From a virus (Duplodnaviria; Heunggongvirae; Uroviricota; Caudoviricetes): a DNA stretch of 64,000 nucleotides. This document shows positions 9,173-19,330 of the stretch, one piece after another. Positions within the stretch are counted from its first letter, which is position 1, and the number at the start of each line of letters is the position of its first letter. The stretch lies in the IMG/VR virus record IMGVR_UViG_3300033273_000374, positions 64,001 through 128,000 of that record; one strand, 5' to 3'. The position numbers and the translations under genes are program-made. Under the pieces are notes generated by a model. It searched no databases and had not been told where the DNA came from. It saw nothing but the letters and a program-made list of their open reading frames with translations.

Positions 9173-9874
9173 TTATTTAGTCCGCCAAACAAAGTACAAA
9201 CGATTTCTGTGTGTGTCTGTGCGTATATCCAGTATGTCAACACCCAATTGATCTGCACAATTCACAATAAAGTTACTGTCCCATGGATAAAAGTAAATCC
9301 AGCGACTGTGAGTTTTACCATCAGGTCTATCTGCTTCGTCATGTGCCAGTCCGGGGTTTGCCCTAAAGAACATAACAGCACCAGGATTACACAAACTCAC
9401 AGCATGTTCTAGTTCAGCAAAGATTTTGTCTGTGCTACCAAAGTTAATACTGCCAAGTGCAAGAGTAGCATCAAACTTTTCACTAGGCCTGTAGTCCAAT
9501 AGTTTTACTTCATAATCTGCAGCACTGTTGTAGGGATCAATGCCAACGATATTATCAATTTTGCCTTTGAACTCGTGATATCCGCAGCCAATGTCTAACA
9601 CACGACGTGGTTTTAAATTGTTAATCTCACCTATCAGTGCTGGTCCGCTGTACTTGTATTTGCTCATTTCGCCGTGCCAATGATGCCTAAAATATTTGTC
9701 CAGCACTTTATCGTCAATGCGGTCAACTAGTTCACCAATGTTGTTGTACTCAACATCATCAATTTCAATATCAAATGTGCCTTGTATAGCATGTCTAAGT
9801 TTTTGACTGTTACGCAACAGTTGTGGACTGGTGTGTAACATTTGCTCAAGTTTGTGAAGTATTTTATGATTCAT
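9173..9874 (-). CDS. Class I SAM-dependent methyltransferase
   Basis: VLDIGCG motif I; ATG 9874 (MNHKIL). Confidence 0.8.
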   Translation of the reverse strand: MNHKILHKLEQMLHTSPQLLRNSQKLRHAIQGTFDIEIDDVEYNNIGELVDRIDDKVLDKYFRHHWHGEMSKYKYSGPALIGEINNLKPRRVLDIGCGYHEFKGKIDNIVGIDPYNSAADYEVKLLDYRPSEKFDATLALGSINFGSTDKIFAELEHAVSLCNPGAVMFFRANPGLAHDEADRPDGKTHSRWIYFYPWDSNFIVNCADQLGVDILDIRTDTHRNRLYFVWRTK

Positions 9875-10559
9875 TGTGTTGCTTCCATTGGTTATAAAAG
9901 TGGTCTGCATACCAACTGTTTGTTAGTTCATTCATGTGATGTCCATCTCTGTTGGTAAAAGTTTTACTGTCTTTTTTGCTACTAAAAAATGTCAACCCTT
10001 TCTGTTTGAAATATTCAATTTTGGTATTGCTATGACACCAATAAGGTATAATACTTTCGTATACATTGTCAAGTCTTTGTTGTTCAAAATATTCAAAATT
10101 TGTTGCATCATCATTGCCATCTACATAATTTGTAAACGTTCCATTTATATTTCTTCTGGCTAGGTAACTGTACATCACAAAACAATCTTGTACGTCAAAC
10201 ACGTTGCAGGCTCTTTTATATATAAGTCTTAGAGCATCATTGCCTGCGCCATTGAGTCCTAAATTTAGCACAGGATATTCAAAGTGTTTTGCTAGTTGTG
10301 ATGCCCAACTGTGTTTTATTGGACCCCCAAGGTTTACTGTAAAACTATCACCTAAACATATTATAACAGGTTTACCTATAAATTCGCTATATTCAGGTCC
10401 TCGAAATCCCCAATTATTAAAATTATAATCAAAGTTTTGTACAGGATACGAATGCCATTCGTGTACAGTAAGATTATTTTTACCAGGAGTATCAAATGCA
10501 AAAGTTTTATTCTTGAGATCTTTTACTCTCTCAAAGTACTTAAAATCTTCTATTAACAT
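9864..10559 (-). CDS. Hypothetical protein, SGNH-hydrolase-like
   Basis: CLGDSFT and NLGLNGAGN motifs; C-terminal DGHH. Confidence 0.55.
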   Translation of the reverse strand: MLIEDFKYFERVKDLKNKTFAFDTPGKNNLTVHEWHSYPVQNFDYNFNNWGFRGPEYSEFIGKPVIICLGDSFTVNLGGPIKHSWASQLAKHFEYPVLNLGLNGAGNDALRLIYKRACNVFDVQDCFVMYSYLARRNINGTFTNYVDGNDDATNFEYFEQQRLDNVYESIIPYWCHSNTKIEYFKQKGLTFFSSKKDSKTFTNRDGHHMNELTNSWYADHFYNQWKQHNES

Positions 10560-11284
10560 TAAATCAAGCCTTGATTTATTTTTTTATAATGATTTGTAAA
10601 ATCTATACATTCTTTGTTTACACTGTAACCAAATGGTTCTAATAGACATTGTCCATTGGTGGCAATAATTTGTTTTAGATCACATGCTAAATCTGCAGCA
10701 TCGATATCAATATCTTTGCTGTTCTTGTAACCTCGATAAAGTTTTATACCATTCCAATCTACAGTTTGTGTACTTTGCCAAGTTTCTTCAAAGTCGTTAG
10801 ATATTTCTAATCCTGCACTAGCAAGTTCTTGTTTTTGAGTATCTTCTAAACTGGTTAACTGTTCGAATCTATCAATTATAGGCCAGTGATCTGCTGCAAT
10901 GTTGTTATAAATTCTAAGGATGTCAACAAACCTATCGTAATTATTTTCTCGCCATTTTCCTTGCCATGGGCCTGCTTGTTTTGCTCTTGCTAATTTGAAT
11001 TGTGTATCTATATCTGTATAAACAACCACTCGTGTGCCGGTTTGTTGATTCCAGTTTTGTGCATTAGGATTACAATGAAAATTTATATCTTTGCTGGCAT
11101 TATTGTCTGGCCATACCTCACTGTGTTTCCAGTGTTCTAGGTATTTAATATTCCAATTTTGATGGAAAATAGCATTACGATCTCTAGTATCGTTTTCAAA
11201 TACACAGTCTAAATCAGTGCCCAGCAGTAAAATCCATAAAGAATAAAATCCGCCAGCACCAAAGTAATAATTAAGATGAATCAT
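10559..11284 (-). CDS. Hypothetical protein
   Basis: 241-aa ORF in operon. Confidence 0.6.
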   Translation of the reverse strand: MIHLNYYFGAGGFYSLWILLLGTDLDCVFENDTRDRNAIFHQNWNIKYLEHWKHSEVWPDNNASKDINFHCNPNAQNWNQQTGTRVVVYTDIDTQFKLARAKQAGPWQGKWRENNYDRFVDILRIYNNIAADHWPIIDRFEQLTSLEDTQKQELASAGLEISNDFEETWQSTQTVDWNGIKLYRGYKNSKDIDIDAADLACDLKQIIATNGQCLLEPFGYSVNKECIDFTNHYKKINQGLI

Positions 11285-11814
11285 GGTTTATAGATTGCTA
11301 TAAAAATATCTACATGTTTATAATGTTGTACCCATTGTAACATATGCTTCTGCCCAAAGTCAAGTATTAATTGATTTTGTTCTTGGATGCGTTGTTTCAT
11401 TCCAGCATCATCCTCGTACCAGTCATAGTTAGGATAGGTTATATCAAAACCACCTGCTTGCTTCCACCAATCAAAACTTGCTTCGTTGGGCCTATAAATT
11501 AGCTGAATCCATGCAGTAGGGTATCTTGCTATGATCTCATCAAAGTGGTAAGGCCATTCGTGACTCATAAGCAATTTGCATCCTGCATCCTGTGTAAATG
11601 GGCTGTCCAAATTAGCTTTGTCTAAACTGGTGTCAAACTCCATGCCTGTGCCAAAGTATGCATCACAGTGTCCGCTGTATTCTCCATGTTTGTAAATGCG
11701 ATGATCAGCTCTGTCTGAGGTGTTGTATGCACTGTCAAGTTTTATTTCTTGTGCAATACCACTCCAACGTGATCCTGGCACACCTGTAAAAAATATATAT
11801 TCTGGAAGTTTCAT
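11281..11814 (-). CDS. Hypothetical protein, possible sulfotransferase/P-loop-like
   Basis: FTGVPGSRWSGI; ATG 11814; perfect TATAAATA at 11823-11830. Confidence 0.6.
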   Translation of the reverse strand: MKLPEYIFFTGVPGSRWSGIAQEIKLDSAYNTSDRADHRIYKHGEYSGHCDAYFGTGMEFDTSLDKANLDSPFTQDAGCKLLMSHEWPYHFDEIIARYPTAWIQLIYRPNEASFDWWKQAGGFDITYPNYDWYEDDAGMKQRIQEQNQLILDFGQKHMLQWVQHYKHVDIFIAIYKP

Positions 11815-11843
11815 ATCATAAGTATTTATAAAGTACGCACATA

Positions 11844-12611
11844 ATGACAATATTAATTTCAGGCGGTGACAGTTTTACCTGGGGCAGTGAGCTTGCAGAC
11901 TGTGACACCAATCAACACAGTAACAACACATGGAGTGCATTACTTGCACAACAACTTGGCATGAGTTATGCTTGTGTGGCATTACCTGGGTCTAGCAACG
12001 GTAGCATTGCACGCCGTGTTATGAGAGCCTGCGAAAACAACAAACACAAGCATGATATTGCTGTGGCTGTGATGTGGACCTTTGCCAACAGATTTGAATT
12101 TAGGTTTAGACAAGACACAGGCGAACGTGACACACCATGGTATAGCATTACACCATGGACACACGAAAGTGCTGTGGATCGCATACTGTCACACTTTGTA
12201 AACAACAACGCAGAAATATTACAACATCATGTTGATCACAATCGCAAGATGCAACACAGTGGTATCAGTGACTTCGCAAAGAACTACTACATGCATGTTG
12301 GCGACAATGAAGTTTGGGAATACTACACCACCTACAAAGAAATATTGTTTTTACAACAGTATCTGGTGGCAAACAACATACCATATGTGTTCACACACGT
12401 TGAACCATTGTTTGTGGAACAAAGTGTTGATCCAGATCTAAGTGTGGTTCGTGATCAAATAGACCAAGAACGTTTCTATGCGTTTGATGGATTCTACAGA
12501 TGGGCCAGTGAAAACAACTATCAATTTGGCACAACCCATCCACTAGAGCCAGCACACATAGATTTTGCAAACAATCTTTTTTTACACTGTAAGACAAATA
12601 ACATACTATAA
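11844..12611 (+). CDS. SGNH/GDSL-hydrolase-like hypothetical protein
   Basis: GGDSFTWG, PGSSN and C-terminal HP motifs. Confidence 0.65.
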   Translation: MTILISGGDSFTWGSELADCDTNQHSNNTWSALLAQQLGMSYACVALPGSSNGSIARRVMRACENNKHKHDIAVAVMWTFANRFEFRFRQDTGERDTPWYSITPWTHESAVDRILSHFVNNNAEILQHHVDHNRKMQHSGISDFAKNYYMHVGDNEVWEYYTTYKEILFLQQYLVANNIPYVFTHVEPLFVEQSVDPDLSVVRDQIDQERFYAFDGFYRWASENNYQFGTTHPLEPAHIDFANNLFLHCKTNNIL

Positions 12612-12655
12612 TGAATACACCACCTTTGTAAATAGCAGTAACAAAGGAGGAGTGT

Positions 12656-12715
12656 ATGCTCCATAAAAAATTCTGGTTCACGTGCTCCTCATACATGCAA
12701 GGAGGCAGTGCATAA
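12656..12715 (+). CDS. 19-aa upstream ORF before phoH
   Basis: AAGGAGGAG RBS, then MLHKKFWFTCSSYMQGGSA*, ending 2 nt before the phoH ATG. Confidence 0.35.
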   Translation: MLHKKFWFTCSSYMQGGSA

Positions 12716-12717
12716 AA

Positions 12718-13440
12718 ATGGGTCGGAAAGCAAGAAGACTAGCAAATCAAAATAACGTAGTTGAATTTTCCTTTAATGACAATAGGTACCGCAAAGAGGT
12801 ACTGTTAATACCCCGAAACTTAAATCAAGAAACTTACATAGAAAGACTTCTTAATCCAGAAGGCACCATTACATTTGGTGTAGGACCAGCAGGCACAGGT
12901 AAGACCATGTTAGCGGTGCTGGCAGCAATAAAATATCTCAAACAAGGTACCATAGATAAAATAATCGTCACACGCCCAGCAGTGGGTGTAGATGATGAAA
13001 AGCATGGCTTCTTGCCTGGAGATCTTAATGCGAAAATGGAGCCTTGGACCAAACCCATTTTTGACGTATTCTTAGAATACTACAATCCTAAAACCATACA
13101 ACAAATGATACAAGACAATGTGATTGAAATATCACCTTTGGCATTTATGCGTGGACGCACATTTAAAAAAGCCTACATCATAGCAGATGAAATGCAAAAT
13201 GCAACACCAAATCAAATGAAAATGTTGCTCACACGCATAGGAGATGGCTCACGCATGGCTGTAACAGGTGATATTGCACAAACAGACAAACGTGACAGAG
13301 ACAACGGACTGCTAGATTTTGAACACATATTCAACAGATACGAGCACAGTCGGTATGTTGATTTTGTTAAATTTAATCATGCAGACATTGAAAGACACCC
13401 TGCAGTTAGTGAAGTGCTAGACATGTATGGTGATAAATAA
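12718..13440 (+). CDS. phoH: PhoH family ATPase
   Basis: GPAGTGKT, GFLPGDL, PLAFMRGRT, DEMQN, TGDIAQTD; start at ATG 12718. Confidence 0.96.
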   Translation: MGRKARRLANQNNVVEFSFNDNRYRKEVLLIPRNLNQETYIERLLNPEGTITFGVGPAGTGKTMLAVLAAIKYLKQGTIDKIIVTRPAVGVDDEKHGFLPGDLNAKMEPWTKPIFDVFLEYYNPKTIQQMIQDNVIEISPLAFMRGRTFKKAYIIADEMQNATPNQMKMLLTRIGDGSRMAVTGDIAQTDKRDRDNGLLDFEHIFNRYEHSRYVDFVKFNHADIERHPAVSEVLDMYGDK

Positions 13441-13467
13441 AGTATAAGTTTATACGGAGAAGTTCAC

Positions 13468-14136
13468 ATGGCTGCAAAGACAAGTGTAGACTACTACTGG
13501 AGATTTGAATTCGTTCAAAGCCAAGCAGGTAGCGAAAACGCAAAAATTAAAATTGAACATTATCATTCACAGAGTGTTGATGATGGACAATGGGATATTG
13601 ATACACTAGTTGAAGAACTTGAAATCACAAGCACAGACAGTGCCAATCCAACTGTGTTCACACACATGTGTACAGGTTGCGATGCACCAGGTGTTAGAAG
13701 TTCAAGTGTGGATTCCTCATCAACAACTGCAAAGGCAGCCACTGCAGATACACAAGTACACAAATTCAAAGTCACACTATTAAATGATTACTATTTGGAC
13801 GCAGACAATGACCGTGCTGTAACATGGCAATGGGCAGGTTATGCTCCAAAGTGGATGTGGACCGGCGGCGATGGCGACGAAACCAAAGTGTACAAGGGTT
13901 CATTGAGTAATATTCCAAGCTCAACTGCAGATTATAACATTGGAAGTGATAGTAACTTTACAGCCTACACACCAGGCAGTGCTAAAGCAGATTATCAAGA
14001 GTGCTTTGGTGCTGCTTATGAAGGCGATTTTAATGGCACAGTCAACACCGAAGGTGGTTGGCATCCGTTGCTTATTAGCACAGACTATGTGTTGGCAAAT
14101 TTGCAAACACCTGCAGATGGTGTCTGGACTTACTAA
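13468..14136 (+). CDS. Hypothetical protein
   Basis: 222-aa ORF with RBS GGAG; followed by terminator. Confidence 0.7.
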   Translation: MAAKTSVDYYWRFEFVQSQAGSENAKIKIEHYHSQSVDDGQWDIDTLVEELEITSTDSANPTVFTHMCTGCDAPGVRSSSVDSSSTTAKAATADTQVHKFKVTLLNDYYLDADNDRAVTWQWAGYAPKWMWTGGDGDETKVYKGSLSNIPSSTADYNIGSDSNFTAYTPGSAKADYQECFGAAYEGDFNGTVNTEGGWHPLLISTDYVLANLQTPADGVWTY

Positions 14137-14153
14137 CTAGGTTTTACATTGAC

Positions 14154-14183
14154 AAAAAAAGCAGCGGAAACGCTGCTTTTTTT
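14154..14183. terminator. Bidirectional intrinsic terminator
   Basis: A7-GCAGCG-GAAA-CGCTGC-T7 between convergent units. Confidence 0.88.
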
Positions 14184-14189
14184 ATGAGT

Positions 14190-14263
14190 TGGCAGAGGAT
14201 GTAGGAGTCGAACCCACGCCTGCAGGGTTGGAGCCTGCTGTGCTACCATAACACTTATCCCCT
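14190..14263 (-). tRNA. trnW: tRNA-Trp(CCA)
   Basis: Cloverleaf; anticodon arm GCAGG-CTCCAAC-CCTGC; GGTTCGACT; encoded CCA. Confidence 0.93.
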
Positions 14264-14331
14264 GAAGTACAGATCAATCATTATCATTGCACATGCAAGC
14301 CATACTGCTCTGTACATTATTTGTGTGCGAG

Positions 14332-14907
14332 TCATTGTGTGGACACCATTTCGTAAATTTCTTTCCAGTTTTTAGCAAGTGGAATGTCTGTGTTGTGCAT
14401 GTTAAACCCATGTTCCATCAGTATAGGTTTGAGCCCAATTTTTTGTCCAGCAATTGCATTCTCATATTTGTCTTCTACCCAATACAATCCACTGCCTGCA
14501 TATTTGGCTAGTGCTGCATCTTTGTTGGCACCTGTTGCTAAACACGTAACAGTTGCAAATGTACCTTTACCAAACAGTTTGTCCAAGTTCCTTCTGCGTA
14601 ACTTTTTAGCATATCTGTTTGTTGACAAACTAGTGATAGCGATGAATGTCCATCCTTCGTTTGCCATGCGAGTTACATATTCAATTGCATCACGCAGCGG
14701 AGGCAAATAACCAATTGCTGCACTTTCGTTAAAGATCCTAATCAGTTTACGACCTTGTTCTAGTGTGATGCCATAACGCTCGCCAATGTCGTAGATGCCA
14801 TTGTGTTCTTTTATTTTGGTAAATCCATGCTCTTCCATGAATATATCAAACGCATATTCCCAATTGAGAACTACACCATCACAGTCTACAAGTATCGTTT
14901 TTTTCAT
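14332..14907 (-). CDS. HAD-family 5'-nucleotidase-like protein
   Basis: DCDGVV motif I; WVED motif. Confidence 0.75.
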   Translation of the reverse strand: MKKTILVDCDGVVLNWEYAFDIFMEEHGFTKIKEHNGIYDIGERYGITLEQGRKLIRIFNESAAIGYLPPLRDAIEYVTRMANEGWTFIAITSLSTNRYAKKLRRRNLDKLFGKGTFATVTCLATGANKDAALAKYAGSGLYWVEDKYENAIAGQKIGLKPILMEHGFNMHNTDIPLAKNWKEIYEMVSTQ

Positions 14908-14929
14908 TTTCTCTCCTTATTGTTTTATT

Positions 14930-14957
14930 AATATAGCACACAATTAAGGTTTGTCAA
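14930..14957 (-). promoter_or_regulatory. sigma70-like early promoter
   Basis: TTGACA-16 nt-TATATT with extended TGn. Confidence 0.65.
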
Positions 14958-15663
14958 CCACTTTTACATAATTAAAAACAGTTTCTTTACCCTTGTGTTG
15001 ATTGCTAAGTTGATGTCTTTTGACTCTAGCACGAATGTTGTAGTTGTTACCTGATTCAAACAGTTCACCTTTGCCTGTGAAGAATACCACAAGATTGTTG
15101 TTTGTGTCCACAGCGTTTATAACATCACAACCAAGTTTGTTGATGTAGTTTTTACGCAACACATTGATCTGTAGATCAAGTGTGTCACCTACAGTGCCAA
15201 TAAAGTTGCTGTCATCACTGAGCGCACGTTGTTGTTTTTCCACACTGTCGCGTTCTATTGCCCGTTCATAACTTTTAGGTAATGCAGCAACCATACCAAA
15301 GTCAAAGGTTGGAACTTCTCCACTCCTAACAAAACTTAGTATTTTGCTTTCAAAATCGTTGATTTTGCTACCTAATGCTTTGATCATTAATCCTGTGTAG
15401 TATGTGATGATGTCTTTAGCACGTTGTACTTGTAACTCATCGGGTTCATTGTCAAACAAGTATATGCGATCTTCGTCTGCAGGAAAAGGCCTCAAATCCA
15501 TACTGTGCAGCATGATGTCTCGGTTGCTGTATGAAATTGGATTACCTCCGCCAACACGATAGGTGCTTTTGTTGTATCCTTCATTGAAATCATGTGCCAT
15601 TACAGCATATGCCATAACTGTTTGTAGGTCGTGAACTTGATGATAAGTATTTGTGTAAGACAT
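14944..15663 (-). CDS. Hypothetical protein, possible C-terminal OB-fold
   Basis: 239 aa; C-terminal beta-rich NLVVFFTG...IRARVKRH segment. Confidence 0.6.
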   Translation of the reverse strand: MSYTNTYHQVHDLQTVMAYAVMAHDFNEGYNKSTYRVGGGNPISYSNRDIMLHSMDLRPFPADEDRIYLFDNEPDELQVQRAKDIITYYTGLMIKALGSKINDFESKILSFVRSGEVPTFDFGMVAALPKSYERAIERDSVEKQQRALSDDSNFIGTVGDTLDLQINVLRKNYINKLGCDVINAVDTNNNLVVFFTGKGELFESGNNYNIRARVKRHQLSNQHKGKETVFNYVKVVDKP

Positions 15664-15712
15664 TTTTTTTGGGCCTTTGCCTTTTGTAAATTATGTATCT
15701 AATATAACACAC

Positions 15713-16345
15713 ATGCAAACATTGTCAACTCCTAAATGGCTAGAATATAGACAATATACCATTGATTGCATACAGAGTGCAAGTGTGGTATGGGAACCTT
15801 ATTGGCATGTGCATCTACCACAAGTGTATCATCCAGAGCTGTTTGGACTCATAAACACACAATGGCCCAACTTTAACACTGTGTTGGCTGTGCATGAAAA
15901 CAGTGCAGAATTAAATCCTAACAGACGTTACATTATACCCAACAGAGAAGACTTGCCTTTTTGGAAACAGTTTAATGACAATATCATAGAGCACCCTGAC
16001 ATAATAGATGCAGTGTACAACCTAGAACAACTCAACAGAGAACACTGCACATGGGTCACTGCTAGTATATGGGAAGACTATAGAGGCTATGGCATTGGCA
16101 ATCACTATGACGCACACACCATTGACGTTGCTTGGCAAACCTACATCTATTGCGATGGAGGTGAACGTTGGGGGACAAGTCTAAACAATGAGCAAGGCGA
16201 ACTGAAAAAACGCATACCTTTTGTGCCCAATACAGGTTGGATAATGAATGTTGATGCTTACAGTTGGCACAGTGCAGACACCATAGAGTGTGACATGCGC
16301 CGCAGTGTAATGGTACGTTTTATGACACGTACTAGATCTGGCTAA
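15713..16345 (+). CDS. 2OG-Fe(II) oxygenase
   Basis: NHYD ... WHS ... RRS facial triad and 2OG-binding pattern. Confidence 0.7.
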   Translation: MQTLSTPKWLEYRQYTIDCIQSASVVWEPYWHVHLPQVYHPELFGLINTQWPNFNTVLAVHENSAELNPNRRYIIPNREDLPFWKQFNDNIIEHPDIIDAVYNLEQLNREHCTWVTASIWEDYRGYGIGNHYDAHTIDVAWQTYIYCDGGERWGTSLNNEQGELKKRIPFVPNTGWIMNVDAYSWHSADTIECDMRRSVMVRFMTRTRSG

Positions 16346-17249
16346 GTTCTACCAGTGTCGCTGCTAGATTGATCTCTTGATCTGCTACCATTGGAATGTT
16401 GCGTAAGCCTTTTGCAATGATTAAGATGGCAGCATCATGTTGTTCTTGTGTGCTGCCCCACAGTTCTAGGTTGTCATACATCCAACGAAACAGTTCATCC
16501 ATTTCTTCTGGACGCACTTGACTACACAACAGTTTGCGGGCATCCAGTATCTTGCCCTGTTTAAACAAGTCTACAACTGCTAACCTGTAGTCTGCTGTTG
16601 CACTGTCGCCTTCGTTTGGCTTTACAAGTTTGCCATCCACAGTGTTCATTTGCACCAAGTTCAAACACTTGCGCAGATCAGGATATGTTGCTTTTACATA
16701 ACTGTCAAGTGTTTCAAGATCTACGTCAACACCTTCTGTTACAAGCACAGTAGCAATACGGGCAGTGAACTCTGTGTGATCAATCTTTTCAATGTGAAAG
16801 CCTTGACATCTACTGTGCAGTGCTGGTATGATCTTGTTTGGATAGTTACAGGTTAGTATGAACCTTGCACTGGCATGATATGTTTCCATAACACCACGCA
16901 ATGCTGCTTGACCATTGGGTGAGATGTAGTCAGCTTCGTCAAGCAATACAACCTTAAACTCACCAAAGGGCATTGTTGCTACAAAGTTTGTAATCTTTTC
17001 TCTAACAGCGTCCACACTGTTTTCACGACTTGCGTTGATTTCAAGCACATCATACTCATTAACATCAAGCATGTTTATCAGCACTTTGGCCAATGTGGTC
17101 TTGCCTGTGCCAGGTGCACCACTAAACAACAGGTGTGGAATACTGCCGCTGTCTACCCATCCTTGCACTTGTTTGCGTTGTGCTTCATCACGGAACACAT
17201 AGTCAGTGATAGTTTTAGGTCTGTATTTTTCAGTCCAAAGTTCTTTCAT
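16332..17249 (-). CDS. Sliding-clamp loader AAA+ subunit (RFC/gp44-like)
   Basis: LWTEKYRP, GAPGTGKT, LEINAS, LLDEAD, SRC motifs. Confidence 0.93.
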   Translation of the reverse strand: MKELWTEKYRPKTITDYVFRDEAQRKQVQGWVDSGSIPHLLFSGAPGTGKTTLAKVLINMLDVNEYDVLEINASRENSVDAVREKITNFVATMPFGEFKVVLLDEADYISPNGQAALRGVMETYHASARFILTCNYPNKIIPALHSRCQGFHIEKIDHTEFTARIATVLVTEGVDVDLETLDSYVKATYPDLRKCLNLVQMNTVDGKLVKPNEGDSATADYRLAVVDLFKQGKILDARKLLCSQVRPEEMDELFRWMYDNLELWGSTQEQHDAAILIIAKGLRNIPMVADQEINLAATLVELSQI

Positions 17250-17260
17250 AGATTGCCCTT

Positions 17261-17701
17261 TTATAGACTATATTCATAGTTGTCAGTTGCAGTATTGTTC
17301 TGCAGTGTGACTGCTCCGTTGTTTAGATGAAATCGTCTTGCCATGTCAGTTTTTGGACTTAGTGTAACTAGGCGTTTGATGCCTTCTTTACCTCTGCAAA
17401 GATCAAGCAAACGGAAAACAATATCTCTACCTGCACGTGGTGCTTTACTCCAAACTGTATAAGCAATAGCAATGGAGCCATTGTCAACGCTCAATTGATC
17501 CAGTTCCTTTACAGTTGTAGGCACTTGATTGGTATAAGCTACACATATGGCTGCACGGTATTTGCCGTCTTGCTCTAGCACATAAATCTCTCGCCCAGCA
17601 TTTAATCTAAAGTCCAACGAAAGTTCCGGACGTACAGGATCATCACTCACATCAAATTCTAAAGAATCTGCATTTTCGTATGTCAGCTTAGTCAAGTTCA
17701 T
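17261..17701 (-). CDS. Hypothetical protein, possible GNAT-like fold
   Basis: IAYTVWS..PRAGR..V; RLVTLSPKT..ARRFH. Confidence 0.55.
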   Translation of the reverse strand: MNLTKLTYENADSLEFDVSDDPVRPELSLDFRLNAGREIYVLEQDGKYRAAICVAYTNQVPTTVKELDQLSVDNGSIAIAYTVWSKAPRAGRDIVFRLLDLCRGKEGIKRLVTLSPKTDMARRFHLNNGAVTLQNNTATDNYEYSL

Positions 17702-17785
17702 TTGTAACTTCCATCAATGTTGTAGTGTTTAGCATTGTACATGAAACAATTAGTTGCTGTCAATATTCCATATTGTTTGCGTAGT

Positions 17786-18523
17786 TTATTCCACCATGCC
17801 CAATAGTGTTTTATGTGTGTCACGCCAGTCTTTAACATGTATTGATTTTCCATTAACTATTGCATCTGCTAAGGGACGATCGTTTCCTGCAGGATCCATT
17901 TTGTCCCCAAAGAAGTAGATCATGTCTGTGTCTAAAAAGTCACGCAGTATCTGGCTTTTATCTCCGCCTTGTGGAAAAACGTCAATGCCAGTCTCGCCGC
18001 CAATTACTGCACAAACTTCTGGATAATGTGTTGTAATCATACGACTGAGTTTTTCACGTTCTTTATGCTCACAGTCCCATTCATAATAATTTTTGCGTTG
18101 TAGCCCAACTGCGCCACGACCTACAACACTAAAGTTTAGCATGCCAGTCCTTACTTCTACAGTTTTTCCATATTGGTAAGGGTATTGACTTAGATCAGCA
18201 ACTTGCATTAAAAAAGCTACCAGTTGCCCTGATGGTTTCCAATCACTGGTATAGGTATTTGTTTCGCCTTCCCACACCTCTGCACCGCTGCAGTTGTAAA
18301 CTCTTTTGCAAAGATTGTAAGTGTCTTCTCCAATTTGTTCAACTGTTTTGGGTTTATCGCTGCCAGTAACAAGGTAAACATTGTGTGACCGACAAAATGA
18401 GTTGAAGAAACTTTTAAATTCTTTGTCAATCTTACCTCTACTGGGTGTTAGAGTACCGTCAACATCAAATATATAATGAGTTTGCATGTTGTCAAAATGA
18501 TCTATGTCTTCTTGTGTGATCAT
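17786..18523 (-). CDS. HAD-IIB phosphomannomutase (eukaryotic-type PMM family)
   Basis: FDVDGTLTPSR, RTGMLNFSVVGR, FFGDK...GND. Confidence 0.88.
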   Translation of the reverse strand: MITQEDIDHFDNMQTHYIFDVDGTLTPSRGKIDKEFKSFFNSFCRSHNVYLVTGSDKPKTVEQIGEDTYNLCKRVYNCSGAEVWEGETNTYTSDWKPSGQLVAFLMQVADLSQYPYQYGKTVEVRTGMLNFSVVGRGAVGLQRKNYYEWDCEHKEREKLSRMITTHYPEVCAVIGGETGIDVFPQGGDKSQILRDFLDTDMIYFFGDKMDPAGNDRPLADAIVNGKSIHVKDWRDTHKTLLGMVE

Positions 18524-18927
18524 TTTTCACACACTCTACGCCTAAGATCGCTGCTACTAAATCTGTGATCTCTTTTGTTAAAGTAGAGTTGTATGTCTCT
18601 TTTGCGACATATATCCTTGCCGGTAAACTCTTTGTCTCTGTATTCAACACCAAGTATACGCACATCAATATGATACATGCTGAGAATATCTTCTAGATCC
18701 TCTTCTGTAGCATAAGGAATAATTTCATCCACATAGCCAACTGCTTTAAGTTGTGTATAGCGTTCTACAATAGTTTGTATTGGGCTATTTTTTTCTGCCC
18801 TATCAACACTGGGATCAATTTGTAATCCGCATATGAGATAGTCACACTGTGCTTTTGCGTCTCGTAGCATTTGCACATGTCCAGCATGTAATAGATCAAA
18901 TGTGCTACATGTGAATCCTATTAACAA
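18520..18927 (-). CDS. tagD: Glycerol-3-phosphate cytidylyltransferase-like
   Basis: FDLLHAGH (HxGH), KAVGYVDEI, SSSDLR. Confidence 0.88.
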   Translation of the reverse strand: MLIGFTCSTFDLLHAGHVQMLRDAKAQCDYLICGLQIDPSVDRAEKNSPIQTIVERYTQLKAVGYVDEIIPYATEEDLEDILSMYHIDVRILGVEYRDKEFTGKDICRKRDIQLYFNKRDHRFSSSDLRRRVCEK

Positions 18928-18934
18928 TGTGCTT

Positions 18935-19330
18935 TTAAACCTCTAGTTTACCAACACTGACTTTGCCTTCGTAGGCACGAGTTTGGTGACCTGCAGTTGG
19001 ATTAAAGATTGTTGTTTCTGGTGCTTGATCTTGAACACCTAGCACATCATCTGGATCTACTGTGCGAACAGTTTCGCCATTTAGCTCAAAACCTCTGCTC
19101 CATCGTCCGTGTGCAACAAGCACATACTGTCCAACTACTACATCTTTTTGTTCGTTGCCAACAGCAATAACTTCGCCCCAGCGTGGATGAATGCCTGTGC
19201 TTTTACCATCATCGCTCATTACAATAAGTCCGCCGGCTGTGCGCTGCTCGCCAAACTCCATGTTGCGAACCAATATGCCTTTGCGCAACGGCTTGAAGGT
19301 TCCTGTTACTTTTGCGTTAAGTCCTGCCAT
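18935..19330 (-). CDS. groES: Co-chaperonin GroES with C-terminal extension
   Basis: KPL...LVR, RTAGGLIV, GEVIAVG, VVVGQYVL. Confidence 0.88.
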   Translation of the reverse strand: MAGLNAKVTGTFKPLRKGILVRNMEFGEQRTAGGLIVMSDDGKSTGIHPRWGEVIAVGNEQKDVVVGQYVLVAHGRWSRGFELNGETVRTVDPDDVLGVQDQAPETTIFNPTAGHQTRAYEGKVSVGKLEV

